A stretch of 64,000 nucleotides of DNA, taken from positions 4,960,001 through 5,024,000 of the forward strand of contig CM120640.1 in assembly GCA_051362555.1 (NCBI GenBank). Reading direction: 5' to 3'. A program made the position numbers and the translations under genes. Positions 36,515 to 50,600 of this stretch are shown in pieces. Numbering within the stretch: the first letter of the stretch is position 1; every line of letters begins with the position of its first letter. This DNA comes from Lingula anatina. Taxonomy: Eukaryota; Animalia; Brachiopoda. The notes under the pieces are model-generated. The model did not search any database. It saw only the letters and a list, made by a program, of their open reading frames with translations, and was not told the origin of the DNA.

Positions 36515-39500
36515 TTAAAATAGACAATTGTGAGAAAGTCAGGAATGTAGCTTTCTCAAATTAGTGTTCTCAAATTGGTGTTCTATGCGTTGATTTCATT
36601 TTATGTCAATCGTTGGAACCTAGTTAGCCCCTAATAGTAATGCCCATCAAATATATTGACCCTGATACAATAGGATTATAGCTTAAATCATTTTTCTAAT
36701 TCAAGTCCGTTTCATGCATTTGATATTTAAAGGAATATATCCGTATTCTTCCCTTTTACTTTTAACACATCTGGAGTTGCAGTGCAATGATATAAATTAT
36801 TTGACGAACACACCGTGGTCAAAACCCACGGTGGTCAAACTTTTCCGTTTAGAAAAAAAAACAGATATATATATATTATTTCCTCTCCTTCTCCCTAAGA
36901 GTCATCTGGTTCAATGCACCTCTTTGGTTTTGATGGCCAGATAAAGCGACGTATTCTCCATCTGTTTCTAGGTAACACATGATGGGCGGAAAGGTGCACC
37001 TTAATCGATTAATGCAGGTGCATTGTGGCGTCTACGCTTTATCTTGTGTATTTAAGCTTAGTCTTCAGGTCATACCTTTCCTGGTAATCTGTTCCTGCTT
37101 TAATAGCGCAGTGGAGGGATGCTTAGAAATCCTAGAGGCTGGTGTTTATTCTAGATAGCGGTATGGTTATAAGGCCATATCGAGTGTCTTAAGACTCGAC
37201 TGCGTCCGCCCTTTTGCGCTGTTGAGGTAAGGCTTTTCCCCGTATTTATGGCTCTCCCGTTAGAACATGTTCCCAGGACAGCCGAGAAGAACGATCTGTT
37301 ATCGAGACAAGCAGGTAATATTGTCTACAAGGGGAAAGAGAAAAGAGATTTCTAAATGACAAAACTGTGTGATGGTTAATTCGAGGTGAATCATAATGAC
37401 TCATAATATCTTTATAAAGGGCTCTTCTGTACCAAATATGGTCATTTCGGTAATTTAAGAGCCCGTTTGGGACGATTTAACGTCTTTGTAATATTTTGTA
37501 AATGTTCCGGAAAGAAAGAGCAGTGCGGTTTATCTTAGGCTGAAATGATCGCCCATCGCTTCGCCATTGTTCTGATGTTGTCCAGCGTGTTTATCATTTT
37601 GGCAAATAGGATTTTTAGTGTTCTTTGACTACAATCGATATTCCAACATGCGGAATGCGTATATGAATTAATCACTGTCCTTCCTTTTACTTACTTGTGA
37701 CTCCAATTTTTATGATGTACCTTTAATGATGTATTTATAATTATCGCTGCACATTCTTCCCACACAATGTAGTGCATCAGTTTAAGGTAATCATATTGTA
37801 ACGGTAATACACCTTTATCTAAATAGTTTTTGCGACGTTTGACGTAAAGAGGAGAAAATTGCAATCCTGTTTATTGGTATCATGAAAAAATCCTATTGTT
37901 TAATCACACCTAATAAAGACAAAAACCACAGGTGCGACAACCCACCATGTTTTCATTCTACTAAGAAATGCCACATGTATGCTCGAGTTGTGTATTCACT
38001 AGATAGGTGCATTTCTTTCTGCTATCATTTAGAAATGATGATATCAATAAAGAGTTTAAGATATTTTGATTGCCTGTAAATATCAAAATGTTCCTTAATG
38101 TCTTGATAGTTCTTATATGTATATCTTGATTGAGATGATTTAAATGGTTGTTAAGTCTTGTATAGGCCTACTCAATTCTTGTCTCACAGTTTAAGGAAAC
38201 ATGTACCATCGAAGAATCAAAAAAAAAAAAAAAAACGATGAAGTTTTTATGGAAAGAAGGTGTGGACTTCAGGCAACCCCGTAGGTTCTAGGTAGGAGGG
38301 GCCTTTTTCTTCGAATATTTTAGTGAACTTGTTCCTATTCAAAACCCTCAGGGGAATGAATTTCCCCTTTGAACAAAGGTTGCGTCTCAATATTATTTTA
38401 TCCATTTTGTAACTTCGTTCCCGGGCAGAAGTTGTGAATGCATGATATGGTTTACACATCACAGGGGCAGTTCTTGATGTTCATTTTCTTCGGGGTTATT
38501 AATTTGTAAGATTTTGAGCACGGTTTCACCAGAATAACTCAGGTCTTACTGTGGATATCAAATGCTGTACACGTAGATATCTTCCTGTTTGCTGTTTAGT
38601 TTTCTGTTAAACTAGTAAGACGACACTATACAGATAACGTGACAGTACGAGAACATCACCACAGAGCGTCCATTTTGGAGCCAAGTCTGTTTAAGACTCC
38701 CCCAGCATTGGTCATATAACACGATTCTTTTTCCCCCCGAAACAATCATAGGAAAGATGAGTGTTCTGATGAAATGGGCCTGGCAAAAATAATTTTGGTG
38801 TTAAAGAACAATATGAAATCATGTTTGGCAGAATGAACTGGAAACATTTGTAGGTATGTTGTTGGCACTTTTTGGAGGCATGGTCAACTGTTAAGGTTGA
38901 CATAAAGTAAAAACGTTTTCGGGCACTCATTTAACCATGATTTGGTCAAAACATTGCGCTTGCACACAGAATAAAAAAGTAAACACTTTCTACGACGCCA
39001 AAATCCGGTTAGATTACACCTTTGTCTTCAATCATTAATGGACGAATGTCCGCCTTCTCTCCCCCCTGGTTCCCATTAATGCAGCAAACTCTTCGTCAAT
39101 CGCATGTCGTGTTTTAAACAAAGGCGCTTGGTATGATTTGTATGGCATCATCTTGGGTAATTATTCTCCGCACACATTTTTGATCTTTTGCTTTTTCCAA
39201 ATCAGTTTGCATTGAGAAGGCAATGCGTCATCCCTCGCGAGTCTTAATGGCTGTCTTTAAAGGACCTACTGCTTGGTTCTTTGAACAAAAAGTGCCGAGC
39301 TACATATGTAACATAGAGGGACTGTTGACAAATGTTTGTGCTTTGTGTTCCTAGTGCTAAGCATCGATTTTTGCCTGACGCTGGAAAGGTCTATATTTAC
39401 CACCAAAATCAGTGGCGACACTCTGCTTAACGATTTCAGTGCGCTAGATATTAGAGTTAAGACCTGAATACAGTGATATTATTGCTGGCGTTCGTGCGAC

Positions 39501-42500
39501 TGTTGCCACATTGGGAAGATAAGGAAGAGTTGTGGTATATTGTCAAGCGTGATATTGTCGTGTGTCCAAAATTGACTTTGAACATCTTCCTGATGATTTT
39601 CTTGTGTTCGCGCTTTGCCGAATAAGACAATCGAAGTTTTATTTGCTCTATTATCAGTTTATGAGATAGACATGACTTCTTTCGATTCTCATTCAAGATA
39701 GTGCATGTATTTGACAGAAAGTGGGTCAACAGATCTATCCTTTACCATTGGCAAGATTTTTTTTGCTCAGTATACCTGCGTCATCTTCGTTATCAGATAT
39801 GATGGCCATACAGATAACTGGGTCATGCATAAATGATAACTGCGTTAACCTTGATACCTTGTGAAATATTCCCAACTGAAGATTATTGACTGCTATATTT
39901 ACAAATTGCACTGAAAATACATGACGGAGTTAGGTAAATATTTATGCCCAATATGACAACACTATTCTGAATCCTTCGCGCTCTTTCTTTTTTAGTCTCT
40001 CAATTATTGATAAGGAACAAGAACAAGGAAGGTCCAATAACCTAAAATAACAGCTACCGATGCGTGCCCCTGTTCTTTTTTTTTGTAAGATATCACATAA
40101 ACCACAAATTATTCTGGATGATTTCTTTTCAAATCTCTGTTAAAGACATTCTATTGCGGTGTGTCACGAAATGTCAAGTTTCCCTCTTTTTTCGGTGCGA
40201 AAGACTTACAGCAGCGTATAGAATTTAAGACGCCCTTGGAAGTTGGTGCATTTCGATCAACAGCAAAGACAAGGGTCACAAGAACAGTGTGATGTTGCTT
40301 GGAAATGTGTTTTAATGGCTAGGACCTCTTTTTTCATGTTTTATTTTTATTGCAGGACAGCATGACCAGTGGCGATAGTGACATGAGTCGAAGCCAGTCC
40401 CCGGCCATTGAAGACTCGCCAAGTCCAAGGCCTTCAGAAATCAAGCAAGGTAAATATGTCTAGAGATCTATAATTCTGTTAAAATTTTAATGTAATCAAA
40501 CAACATCTTTGATACCATAAGTAGAACTAAACACTGTCATAACACAGGACGTCATGAGTGTTTACTTCTCGGAGAGTGGCGTCACACTTTGTCACGAGCA
40601 AAAACAATGACGCTCGCGACACGTGCGACTGTGACAGTGCAGTGTAAGCACGAGACGTTACGAACGTTACAGACGCGCAGCATACCCATCGGGTACGCCG
40701 TGCACTGTAAGTACGCCATTGCTAAAACAGAAATTCTCTTTAGGTAGGTTCTCCAGGTAAGTTTCAGACTGGATTTTTGAGTCAATGAACCGTGGCATCC
40801 CTCCCTAACTGCAAATTGGGTCTTTTTGCATTAAAACGTATCTAAGTGAATTAATTTCTTTTTGTGTTTTGGGGAATGGAAGTGTTTAAAGTCCTCCCCC
40901 TTTTTATTTTTGGGAAAAGGGTGCTTTGGACACACCTATCATCATTGGATCCGCCAATGCAGATATTTTTTAACTGTTGACAGCTGAACTTCAACAAAAT
41001 TGAGAAAGAAATGTATTGATTTTACAGGAGTGGAATCTTCAAAAAACAGTCGCGCAGCAAGCCCTGTTTTAAGCACGAGTATGCCTTCTGCAGCCCATGT
41101 CAGCGCAGCCACGGCGAGCGCAGAAACCGACGAACAACCTCTAAACATGACTAACAAATCCGCATCCAACGGAAGCGTGAAAACAGAAGAGAAAGCACAC
41201 CCGGAGAGGAAAAGGCGTGCCAGTGATGAAATTAGCCTAGATGTAAGTTTTAGAACCCAATTGATCAAGACTCTTATTCGAAGATGACGCAGTTTGAGTG
41301 TAACGGGTAGGCCCAGTAGCCTATAACTCGAACTCATATTAGATGAATGACCGGTATAAAACATTGTTACAACCTACCCATACCTTATTTAAAACGCTGT
41401 ATTTTTAAGTTTAATATATAGTAAGAATTTCATCAGTGATACAGTTGTTAAAGAAATGCATTACACCTAATATAACCCGCATCGTGCTTGACTTAATTTA
41501 GGCATAGTTTTTATTGCGTAAATATGAGATTTCACAACCGTTTTAAAATATTGTTCAGTTGTTTGTTTGTTTATTTATTTATTTGTTTTCCTAGTAAGCA
41601 TGGGATTTCACAACCATTTTTTAAAATATCGTTTATTTATTTGTTTGTTTGTTTGTATTTTTTTTGGTTTGTTTTCTGAGTAAATATGAGATTTCACTAC
41701 CATTTTTTAAAATAATATTTATTTATTTATTGTGACAGATAAGATATTGCTGGCCTATTGTACATATCAATTCTCACAATTTATACCTTATTCTCCTATA
41801 ACAAACAAAATATCTTACGACATTTTCAGAGTTCGTCTCGGATAGCAGAGATGGAGGGAGCGGAGGATATGTCGGGGTCAAAAGATGACGACGACGATGA
41901 TGATAACGACGACGATGAAAGACCAGCACCAGATATAGACCCAGAGAGACTCAAATCCTTCAATGTAAGAAAAATTGCTTCGATCCAGTGTGCTTCCTCA
42001 TAAATATTTATTTTTTATTTGCATTTGGATAACTTCTTAAACAAACACTAAATGAATGCGCCTTCCAAACAAACTGATATAGATTTTTCACTCGTAGATT
42101 TATAAATATGATCACCAAAGTACAAGAAGTGACATTAACTTCCAAGGGACCGACATTTTTTCAAATTGCTCTCTATCTTTTCAGATGTTTGTTCGCCTTT
42201 TTGTGGATGAAAATCTTGACCGAATGGTGCCTATATCCAAACAACCTAAGGACAAAATTCAGGCTATTTTGGAGGCTTGCGACCGCCAGTTCCCAGAATT
42301 CCACGAGCGGTCTCGCAAGCGCGTCAGAACCTACCTCAAATCCTGCAGACGGATGCGGCGTTCCAAGGAAAACGGTTGGGAACCGGTACGTGTCCAATTA
42401 CATCGAACAGATATAGAAACCACTCGCAAACTTGTATATAATATTATGTCAATAGCGTCAGTATTCAGTATGCATGCGTGTAAAAAATTATTCAACATTA

Positions 42501-43768
42501 AATTTTAAATAGAGAACAGCCTAGTCAGCTTTGTATGTTACATTTGAACGAGTCCATGTATTCCATGCTGTGCTATAAATTGCATGACCTTTTCATCATA
42601 GCTGCGCCCGACACCGCCACACTTGACCTCCGCCGCCGCTGAGAGCCTCCTGGCCCAGGCCTGTGAAAATGAGAGCAATAATGCTAAAAGAATGAGGATG
42701 GGACTGGAACCGCTACCGGTAACTATCCTTCCAATAGATAGATAGATAGATAGATGGACAGATAGATATGTTTTTGTTTTTATCAGTCTTGTAATCGTAG
42801 TAGTTGAATATATTAGATAGCCAGCAATTTGTGTATTGCATTTTTTTCGCTTTGTGTAAAAAGTATATCGAAAAATCCTTAAACCGGAGAAGGATTCTGC
42901 CTTACCTCTTTGCATATATAAATAATTACTTATAAATGCATCTAACCATTTTTCTCTTTGTCTCTCTTAGGCTAGCGCAATGAATGCTCTGCAGCCCCCC
43001 GTATCAGCACCTCAAGCAACAGTGACCACACCACAGCCGCCACCGCCTCCCCAGCCACAGCCACCACAATTAGAGCGACAACCTCAGCTCAGCACAGCCG
43101 ACTTTCTCCGCCACTCGCCGCTGGCAGGATTTAGACCACCTCACGAACTTCCTCAGCCGTTTTTCGCCAATGGCAATGGCCTGTTTCGCCCAGCGTTCCC
43201 CCCTGCCTACCAACACCCCGCCCACCACCATCCGCCCGTTATCCAACACCCACAACTTGCCAACTCGGTGCAAAACGGTAAGGGTAAGAGTCATTTTCTG
43301 TATTCTCTTTATTCCAATCTTCAAGAGTAGATGGCGTTTCGTTTTCAAAGTTACAAACGTCCGTGCACTTGAACTTGTTTCTGTTGAAGTCATGTTGAGG
43401 TTTTATGCTCACGTTCTGTTACCTACGAGAGCGTAATATCAGGCTTACTTGAACATTGGAGACAATTCAATATTTCAGATGGTTTGATTAAATGCTAAAG
43501 CAGTGATAAGGGTCAATAGAGGTTAATTGTTTTCGTGTCTGTTGGGAACTCTAGCTGTTATGTCTTATTTTTCTATCTGATTTAATCTCTTTCTTTTTTT
43601 TTAGGACCAACAGACCTTAGCATGAAGAAGGGAAGTTCTCGAAAAAGTCAGCTGAATCCAAGTGAAGTGGCAACTATCAAGTCACTGATAGCCGGCTACA
43701 GGGAATCTGCCGCCTTCTTGTATCGTTCTGCAGATGAACTTGAGCAATTGTTATTGCAACAAAACTGA
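15928..43768 (+). CDS. NOL4: Nucleolar protein 4 / NOL4-like family protein (626 aa, 10 coding exons)
   Basis: Exons 15928-16203, 21314-21457, 23983-24210, 40356-40449, 41028-41242, 41830-41964, 42185-42385, 42602-42718, 42971-43277 and 43605-43768; all GT-AG and phase-consistent (1881 nt). Family motifs: [40 protein letters not shown]...[88 protein letters not shown] and [22 protein letters not shown]4 versus NOL4L cannot be resolved in an invertebrate. Confidence 0.95.
20603..20621. promoter_or_regulatory. CpG-rich NRF1-like/E-box palindrome in NOL4 intron 1
   Basis: GCGCCTGCGC (NRF1-like) overlaps the perfect 14-bp palindrome TGCGCACGTGCGCA, which contains CACGTG. Function not shown. Confidence 0.35.
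24213..24240. repeat. (TG)n microsatellite abutting the NOL4 exon-3 splice donor
   Basis: GAG|GTTTGTGTGTGT... seen directly. Confidence 0.9.
34307..35869. promoter_or_regulatory. Cluster of full CRE palindromes and E-boxes in NOL4 intron 3 (candidate enhancer or internal promoter)
   Basis: TGACGTCA at 34307, 34966 and 35862. CACCTG, CACGCG and two CACGTG lie within ~60 bp around 34957-35016. Confidence 0.4.
41518..41730. repeat. Three-copy intronic minisatellite with TTTA/TTTG spacers
   Basis: GTAA(A/G)(T/C)ATG(A/G)GATTTCAC(A/T)ACC(G/A)TTTT..AAAATA occurs near 41518, 41593 and 41680. Confidence 0.8.
42734..42767. repeat. (GATA)n microsatellite
   Basis: Imperfect TAGA repeats in NOL4 intron 8. 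Confidence 0.8.
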
Positions 43769-46038
43769 GATGGCGTTTTACCCCAGCCAGCTAGAAGCTG
43801 GCTGACAGGCAATTCCAAACAAGTGCTTTCAAGTTCACGGAAACACAAGCAGAAAACATGACGTCATTCCATAATATTCAACTAGACCTAGTGCTCGTTG
43901 TAACAGTGAATATGATGAAGGTTTATATGTGAAATTATCAAAGTGATTGGCGAAGTCATTTGAATGTTCTATCAGAAAGTAAGGCGTTGAGGTGGAAAAG
44001 CATAGGCAAGTTTCTATAGGTAGATTATACGTTGTAGGCGCACACTTGTGGTTCGTGGATGCAAGACTGCTCCCTGATGTAACCTTGTTTGCTCGTTTAT
44101 TTAGTCAGCAAAATATGGTGCTCTTTTTATTTTCGCGACATACGCGTGATGTCTCAAGACTGGGTGGTGGATATATGAAAGGTAAAGCACAGAACAATCA
44201 AGATATTATTTTTTTGCAGATAATTAAGCCGAACTGTCTACTTTTATATATATACATATATACATATACACATATAAATATATATATTTGCATGTTAATT
44301 TCGTACGAATAATTGAACATTGGTGCAATAACTACGTTTTAAGTCAGTAGCATTTGCTCGAAGATGCAAAAAAGTAAAAGAAAAAAGCACCCGCTAAATA
44401 TGATATTGTGTGAACGACAAAGAAACGTTCCTAATATAAGGTGGTGAAAATCCTTTACAAAGTAGATATATAGGTATCAATATTTAAAGTAATCTTTTTC
44501 TTGTGTTTATTCAGTACTGTGAAACAGTTGTTGTTGTTGTTGTTATTGTTGTAAGTTATTCAACTTATTTATTGAAGCGCCAGTGCACTGAGTGCAGCCG
44601 AGCAGGCCGGAGTTCCACTGATGACGGTGCCAAGTCAAATTAGACTTCTTTATCTCTTTTCTTTGATATATCTCTTAACTATGCGTTCACCACCGGTGGG
44701 AATAGGTAGACAGTGGGTTTAAGATTATAATACTGTTTCTAAGAAAAAGATGGAAACTATTTTTGTGTAAATTGCTCACTGTGTCCCATGCTCCCGCGAC
44801 AGCTACGTTTATCCGGGTTATTAGGCCTACATCTCATTGCGAGCTATATTTTTGTCACTTGCTCGTTTTGTTTTGATTCTCAGATGGAGAGATTGGACGT
44901 ATTTGGTATTAATATTATAACATCCATGGTGCATGGCATTATTTATTTATTTGTTGATGTTGTTTAGTTTTTTGTATTTGATATAATATTTATTGGGTGT
45001 TCTGGTGCATACCATACATTCCGCTCAAATATTGCCTTTATGTAACTTTCAGTATTTGTAACTTTTATTTCCATTCCTTATGGGGCAGATGCCACTTTTT
45101 TCAGGGTTATTGTGTTTACATAGTGTATTACTTTATTTCATGTATATTTTCTTTCTTCATAAAGAGGGTTGTGGCTCCCCTTCCCAAAGATGATAATGTT
45201 TTTGCGGGGATTAAAATAATATCAGCTGAACAACAAACTGTTCATACAGTGGGTTTTTCAATAAGAAATTGATTCCACGTAAATATTTTGTGGCGTTGAG
45301 CTATTCTACACTAAGCATTAGGCTGAAGATTTGGCAGTGTTAACAACTTAATATGAAATAAGAAAAACTGTTCACGGTTTTTGATTTTGGCCAAAAACTG
45401 CTTTATAGATATATTATACGTCTCTCAAACGTTGTCTTAAAATTAACTGCAACTGAATATGCAAAAGCCATTGATATTTTGAAAAAGGATAATTTCAAAG
45501 TGACTAATAACTAGTCGTTTTTACTCTATGATTATCTTTAAGAGAAACAGTCATGTGAAAGCTGCTGTTGCACTCCAGTACCCCCCCTTCCCCAAGTTAT
45601 TGTCTCCCCGAATACTGTAATAAACGTTGTCAGTAGAACGACGATGCTGGTTTTTATTTGTATTGTTCTATACACTACCCAAGCTTTACTCACTTATGGG
45701 CACGAGATGATCGAAAGCGTTTTGAGCCAAGTGTGCAAGCGTGTGGTTTCTCACACTTGCAGCAGTGTGAAACACCCGGATGCATCTGAGGAAATTCAGG
45801 TTTGCCACTCGTCTCTCAAGTTCGGTGATTAGGGGAGCTTGAAATACGGTTGCTATGAAACTATACAAGTTTGAGCACACTACCGGCAATTTGCTTCACA
45901 CGTGTACAACCAATGTAACTGAAAACTGAAAAACAAACTTGTGCCATAAATAGCTGACATGAAATTCCCTTGCGTGTCAAAGAATATGTATAAGGATATT
46001 TTCTTTATTGAGTTTTTATTTTTCCCACTGACAATAAA
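43769..46038 (+). other. Probable long NOL4 3' UTR with candidate poly(A) signals
   Basis: U-rich sequence after the stop codon, with AATAAA at 45619-45624 and 46033-46038. The true end is unknown. Confidence 0.45.
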
Positions 46039-46492
46039 TGACACACACTGTAAGGTCCAATTCTCATTTACAAAAAGTATTGTGCAGTTAAGAGAAAAAA
46101 ATACCACAGTGCTTACACAAATCAAAAATGCTAAAGTGGACTTGACGATGGGCCGGATTTTTTCCCCCAGGTGAAAGTGAAAGTCAAAACTTTTGATGCC
46201 TAGTTATTCTGTGGCAATTTATGGAACACCCCATGAAGGCAAAACCTTTTAAAACAAAATTTTAGAAATATTTAATTGCACCTTAAGATAGCCAAGAGCA
46301 CACCATCGCAGGTGAGATTCTTTCTTTCTCTGTTTGACTTGCAGTCTAAATATATAATTTGCAGTCTAAATTATGCTTTGAAGTTTGTAAGGTATGAAAC
46401 ATTCTCAATGCGACTAAAGTCAGGCAGATGAGATAAAATGTGCTGAGATCTAACAAATTATACACAGATCACCACATATTACAAATATATGT

Positions 46493-46572
46493 ATATTTAT
46501 GTTAAGATACATATATTTGTAATATATGTTAAGATACATATATTACAAATATATGTATCTTAACATAAATAT
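46493..46572. repeat. Perfect 36-bp AT-rich inverted repeat with 8-nt spacer
   Basis: ATATTTATGTTAAGATACATATATTTGTAATATATG (46493-46528) is the exact reverse complement of 46537-46572. Confidence 0.95.
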
Positions 46573-47640
46573 GATAACATTCTTCATCTTTTAATACATA
46601 ACCTTTGAGCATTTTTAAGGTAAGGTAAGACAAAACTGATGTTGGTTAACAAGGTACCAAAACATTTTTTTTTATTTAAGCATATATGAGCATAGCAGCT
46701 AAATATCAGGATGAGTCATTTTCCTGTTTTTCAAGGAGGGACATAATGTCAAAAACCACAGTGTGGGTGATATAACAGAGTAAAAACCACAGCCTTAAGG
46801 TTCTCCTTGGGTTAAATGTAATTTTTTCTATTTACCAACTCATGGCATTTTTTTTCATTTGACAAAAAGTAGCAAATAAAATAGATTTCCTCAAATTAGA
46901 GCAGAGGTGCTTGTTAACCAACATATCAATTTTTTCTGTCATTATACATTTCTATATAGGTCAGCTAAAGCTGAAAAATGCACAGTTAAGTACCTGCATC
47001 TGCTCAATATGCTAACAACCAACAACCTCCATTCTGTAAACAAGGACAATTTAAAAATATATAAATTAGGCTGCAATAGATACATGTATATACTTAATAA
47101 GATCATATAAAAACATGATTTTTTAAAAATAATAATCCGAAGGGACATTTTCAAAGATGACATATATATAAGACCTTCATATGACTCTAGCAAGTTTGAA
47201 GGGAAACATCCATTTTTAAGATGTAACAATATAGCAACAGTATTCTTGCAACACAGGTAAATATTTAATCGAAAAATGTTTCAAATACATCAAAAGATTT
47301 GGCCCATTTTTGAATTCAACCAGATCATTTGCCCATCAGGTGGTCTTAAACATTAAAAGCAAAAATACCTTCCATTTCAAACTATTACAGTAAGAAGGAA
47401 GCACAGCTTCAACTCTGGTTCCAACTCCTTTTTTGTCCTGTGACCCCTGCATGGAAAAACCACTACACTGCAGCCTACAGTGACTACCTCAACTGTTCAA
47501 AATATTCATCTCTGAAAAAATGTCTTTGACACAAATGCAACACAAAAATACAATATTTGTTCATAAATCATGGCCATTGGAAACAAAAAACAACTCAATT
47601 TATTTAAAAAATCTAAATCCATCTAGAGAAAATATTTTTC

Positions 47641-50600
47641 TCAATGTGACTGTTCCACCGATTCAGAGTCAAGGTCACCGGTGCATGAAGGTTCCACAAG
47701 ACATGGCTCCTGCTCTTCAACTAATGAAGGGCACACCTCAGAACCACTAATTTCACTATTTCCCTCCACATGTAGACAATTACCATTGCTTATTGAACCA
47801 GTTTCAGAGAGAGGCATCTCACTTTCATCTTGATTACTTTTTATTGCAGAACTTTTCTTCCATTTCCAGAGAGGAACCGAGTCTGGTAATGGCTTCCCTC
47901 TGGTCTCTGGCAGAAAGGCATTGGCCAAGGCAGATGTAATCCCCAAGCACCCAAAGATAATGAATGGCAATGGCTTTGAAAAATTATTCTAGAAAGAAAA
48001 ATTATTGTTCAAGTGATTTTTTTCTTATTTTTCAATTTCCAAAGGTGAACCAAGATGAACTTGGAAAAGTAATGTCAAATATACATAGCATGTTCAAACA
48101 ATCTGCATGGCAACTTACCATATAGACCAGCTGAGGTGCTATAATCCCGCCTATCCTTCCTGTGGTAGATGCTAAACCCATTGCCAAATTCCTATAAAAT
48201 ATGAAATTTAAGATTATTTTTTGTTCAATTACATAAGAACCAAATTACTTGCGATTCTGCCTAAATGACTGCAAAGGCATGTTAAAATATATCACAGAAT
48301 TCAGGAAAAAGAAAATATCAAACAACTGCCTTTTTATAGAAACTTTCCAACAACAGGGATAAGCAAAATTAATAAAGCAGTGAACTAATTCTTTCAACAT
48401 CTGCAATTAATACTGTTGCTTTTTAAAAAAGATATTAATTACAATAGCAATTAAGCATACCTTACAACAGTTGGAAACAATTCTGCACTATACAAATAGG
48501 CTACACTCCATGAGGCAGAGATCCCAAACTTGCCAATTAAAGCTAAGATTTTTGTAAGCAATGACAGTTCTTCCATCTTTCCTACAATAGCAAATACAAC
48601 AAACACTACTTTTTAAAGTAATTGACATAATATTATGATTTGGTAAATATAAACTGTAAATTTATTAAGAAATCTACCCCTTTACAACTGGGCACTAAAC
48701 AACTTTATCTGAAGCTGGCATGCATTACTATAAAAAATATGAAAATATTCATATTCATTTTAACATCTCACCTGCCACATCTACAAACAGTACAGCAAAA
48801 TTAGCTAGTCCAGCAATTAGCATTGACACAAATAATGTTTTTCTTCTTCCACACCTGGAATTGTGACATTATTAAGTGCTGTGAACTGAGACTTTACTCA
48901 TCCATATTGCTGCCATTCTGGATTTCAATTTTCAACATAAAAAAAAAAATGTATATTCATAATGTTCCTGAAGCGACTGCATCATAGAAGAATACAAAAA
49001 GTGAAAAATTATATTATTGCTGGTATAGAAAACTGACCACATTCAATTCAAATATATATATAACATGAATACATGCCCATTCTTACAGGAAGTGCACACA
49101 AAAATTAAAGATATGTAATAATCAAAAATAAAGTAGCCTAATCATGCTTCCCATTTGGAATATATCTACAGTAAAATGACACCCCCCTTACCAAGCATTG
49201 AAGAATATAGTTGACCAAACTGCTGGCATGTCAATAAAGGAAACCAGGAACATGTTGAGGTAACGGTCCCCTGCTAAGTTCTTCACATTGTAGTTCAAGC
49301 CATAAAACACTGCTGCACAAACAAACCTAAAATAAACAATCACATATCAGGTCTATAGGTTAATGATGGATGATTAATAAATCACTACATTAGTTTATCA
49401 ATAACTACAGATTCAGCTTTAAATATGACATGCTGCACATAATGCTACGTACTTAAGGTATTGACAAAAACATGTATTCAAACTGAAGACAATCATATTC
49501 AGCTGTATACTCTGATTACATGTAATGGATATATTTTCAACAACAATATAATATTGTATTCCTACAGGTATTATTCCAACTAGGTAGGTTTGCTTAAACA
49601 ACAACTGTGACGACAATTACACTGATCAGGAAGAACTGGGGTTGGTTTCATAAGAAGCGTAAGGGTTTAGATTGCTTTTAATTAAGATCCTACTATTATG
49701 ACCAAAAAGATCATGTAATTAGACTCTTCAGTTCTTTAATTGTGAAACAAAATATAGTTGTGTCAGTTTCTTAGCTGACTTTGAAAAGACCACACATCAA
49801 ATCAAGTTCTTTTATTCTAAGTGGTCTCAACACTTCACATGATGCTTACCATGCATACATGACAATCAGCATGTTTTTACACATTGCAGGGGTCCTGAAC
49901 AAGTCCCAGTAACTGTAACTCTTCATCTTCCCCAGTTTGGCCTTTTCTGTCTGTGGAAAAACAAAATTACAGCACTGTCAACGTAAAATATCAAATACTA
50001 CAATTACTGTTTTGAACATTAAAAGACTATTACTTATATGTATGAACATTACTTGTATCTGTAACAATTTTTTTCCAAATATAAAAGTATTAAATCAATA
50101 TAAACAGACTTATAATTTCACTCATATAATAACATGAAATGAAATCTTACAGTCACCAATAAAACTTAGAGGTACATTTAACAGTCCATAGTAAAGTTTA
50201 CCTCAGCAAAAGTTCTAAGTTTGGAAAAATCTGGAACCGGTCTCTTATTCCACTTGGCCATTTTTGTCAAAATAATTTCTGCCTCTGCAAATCTGTTTTT
50301 CATAGAGAGCCACCTTGGACTCTCTGGTATGGCCCTTAAAACAAGAATTAAACAACTGTAAAAACCTCCCATCCAGCAACACAAAATCAACAGACCCATA
50401 ACACTGCAACAAGAAATCAAAGAATGATAACTTATTGCTATAAAATTCCAATAAAACTCGACTACACAAAGCACAGATGCTTCAGCATATAAAGTTACAA
50501 TTCTAACAAACCACTTTGTGTAAAAGCATACGTATTTGCCAAACATACTGTTCTTTAATTTTTCAAATAAAATGCAGTTCTCATTTAAATATTTCTACTT

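Noticed and set aside
40942-41364. 140-aa minus-strand ORF (similar cases at 42538-42915 and 43070-43393)
   Set aside because: Antisense shadows of GC-richer NOL4 exons.
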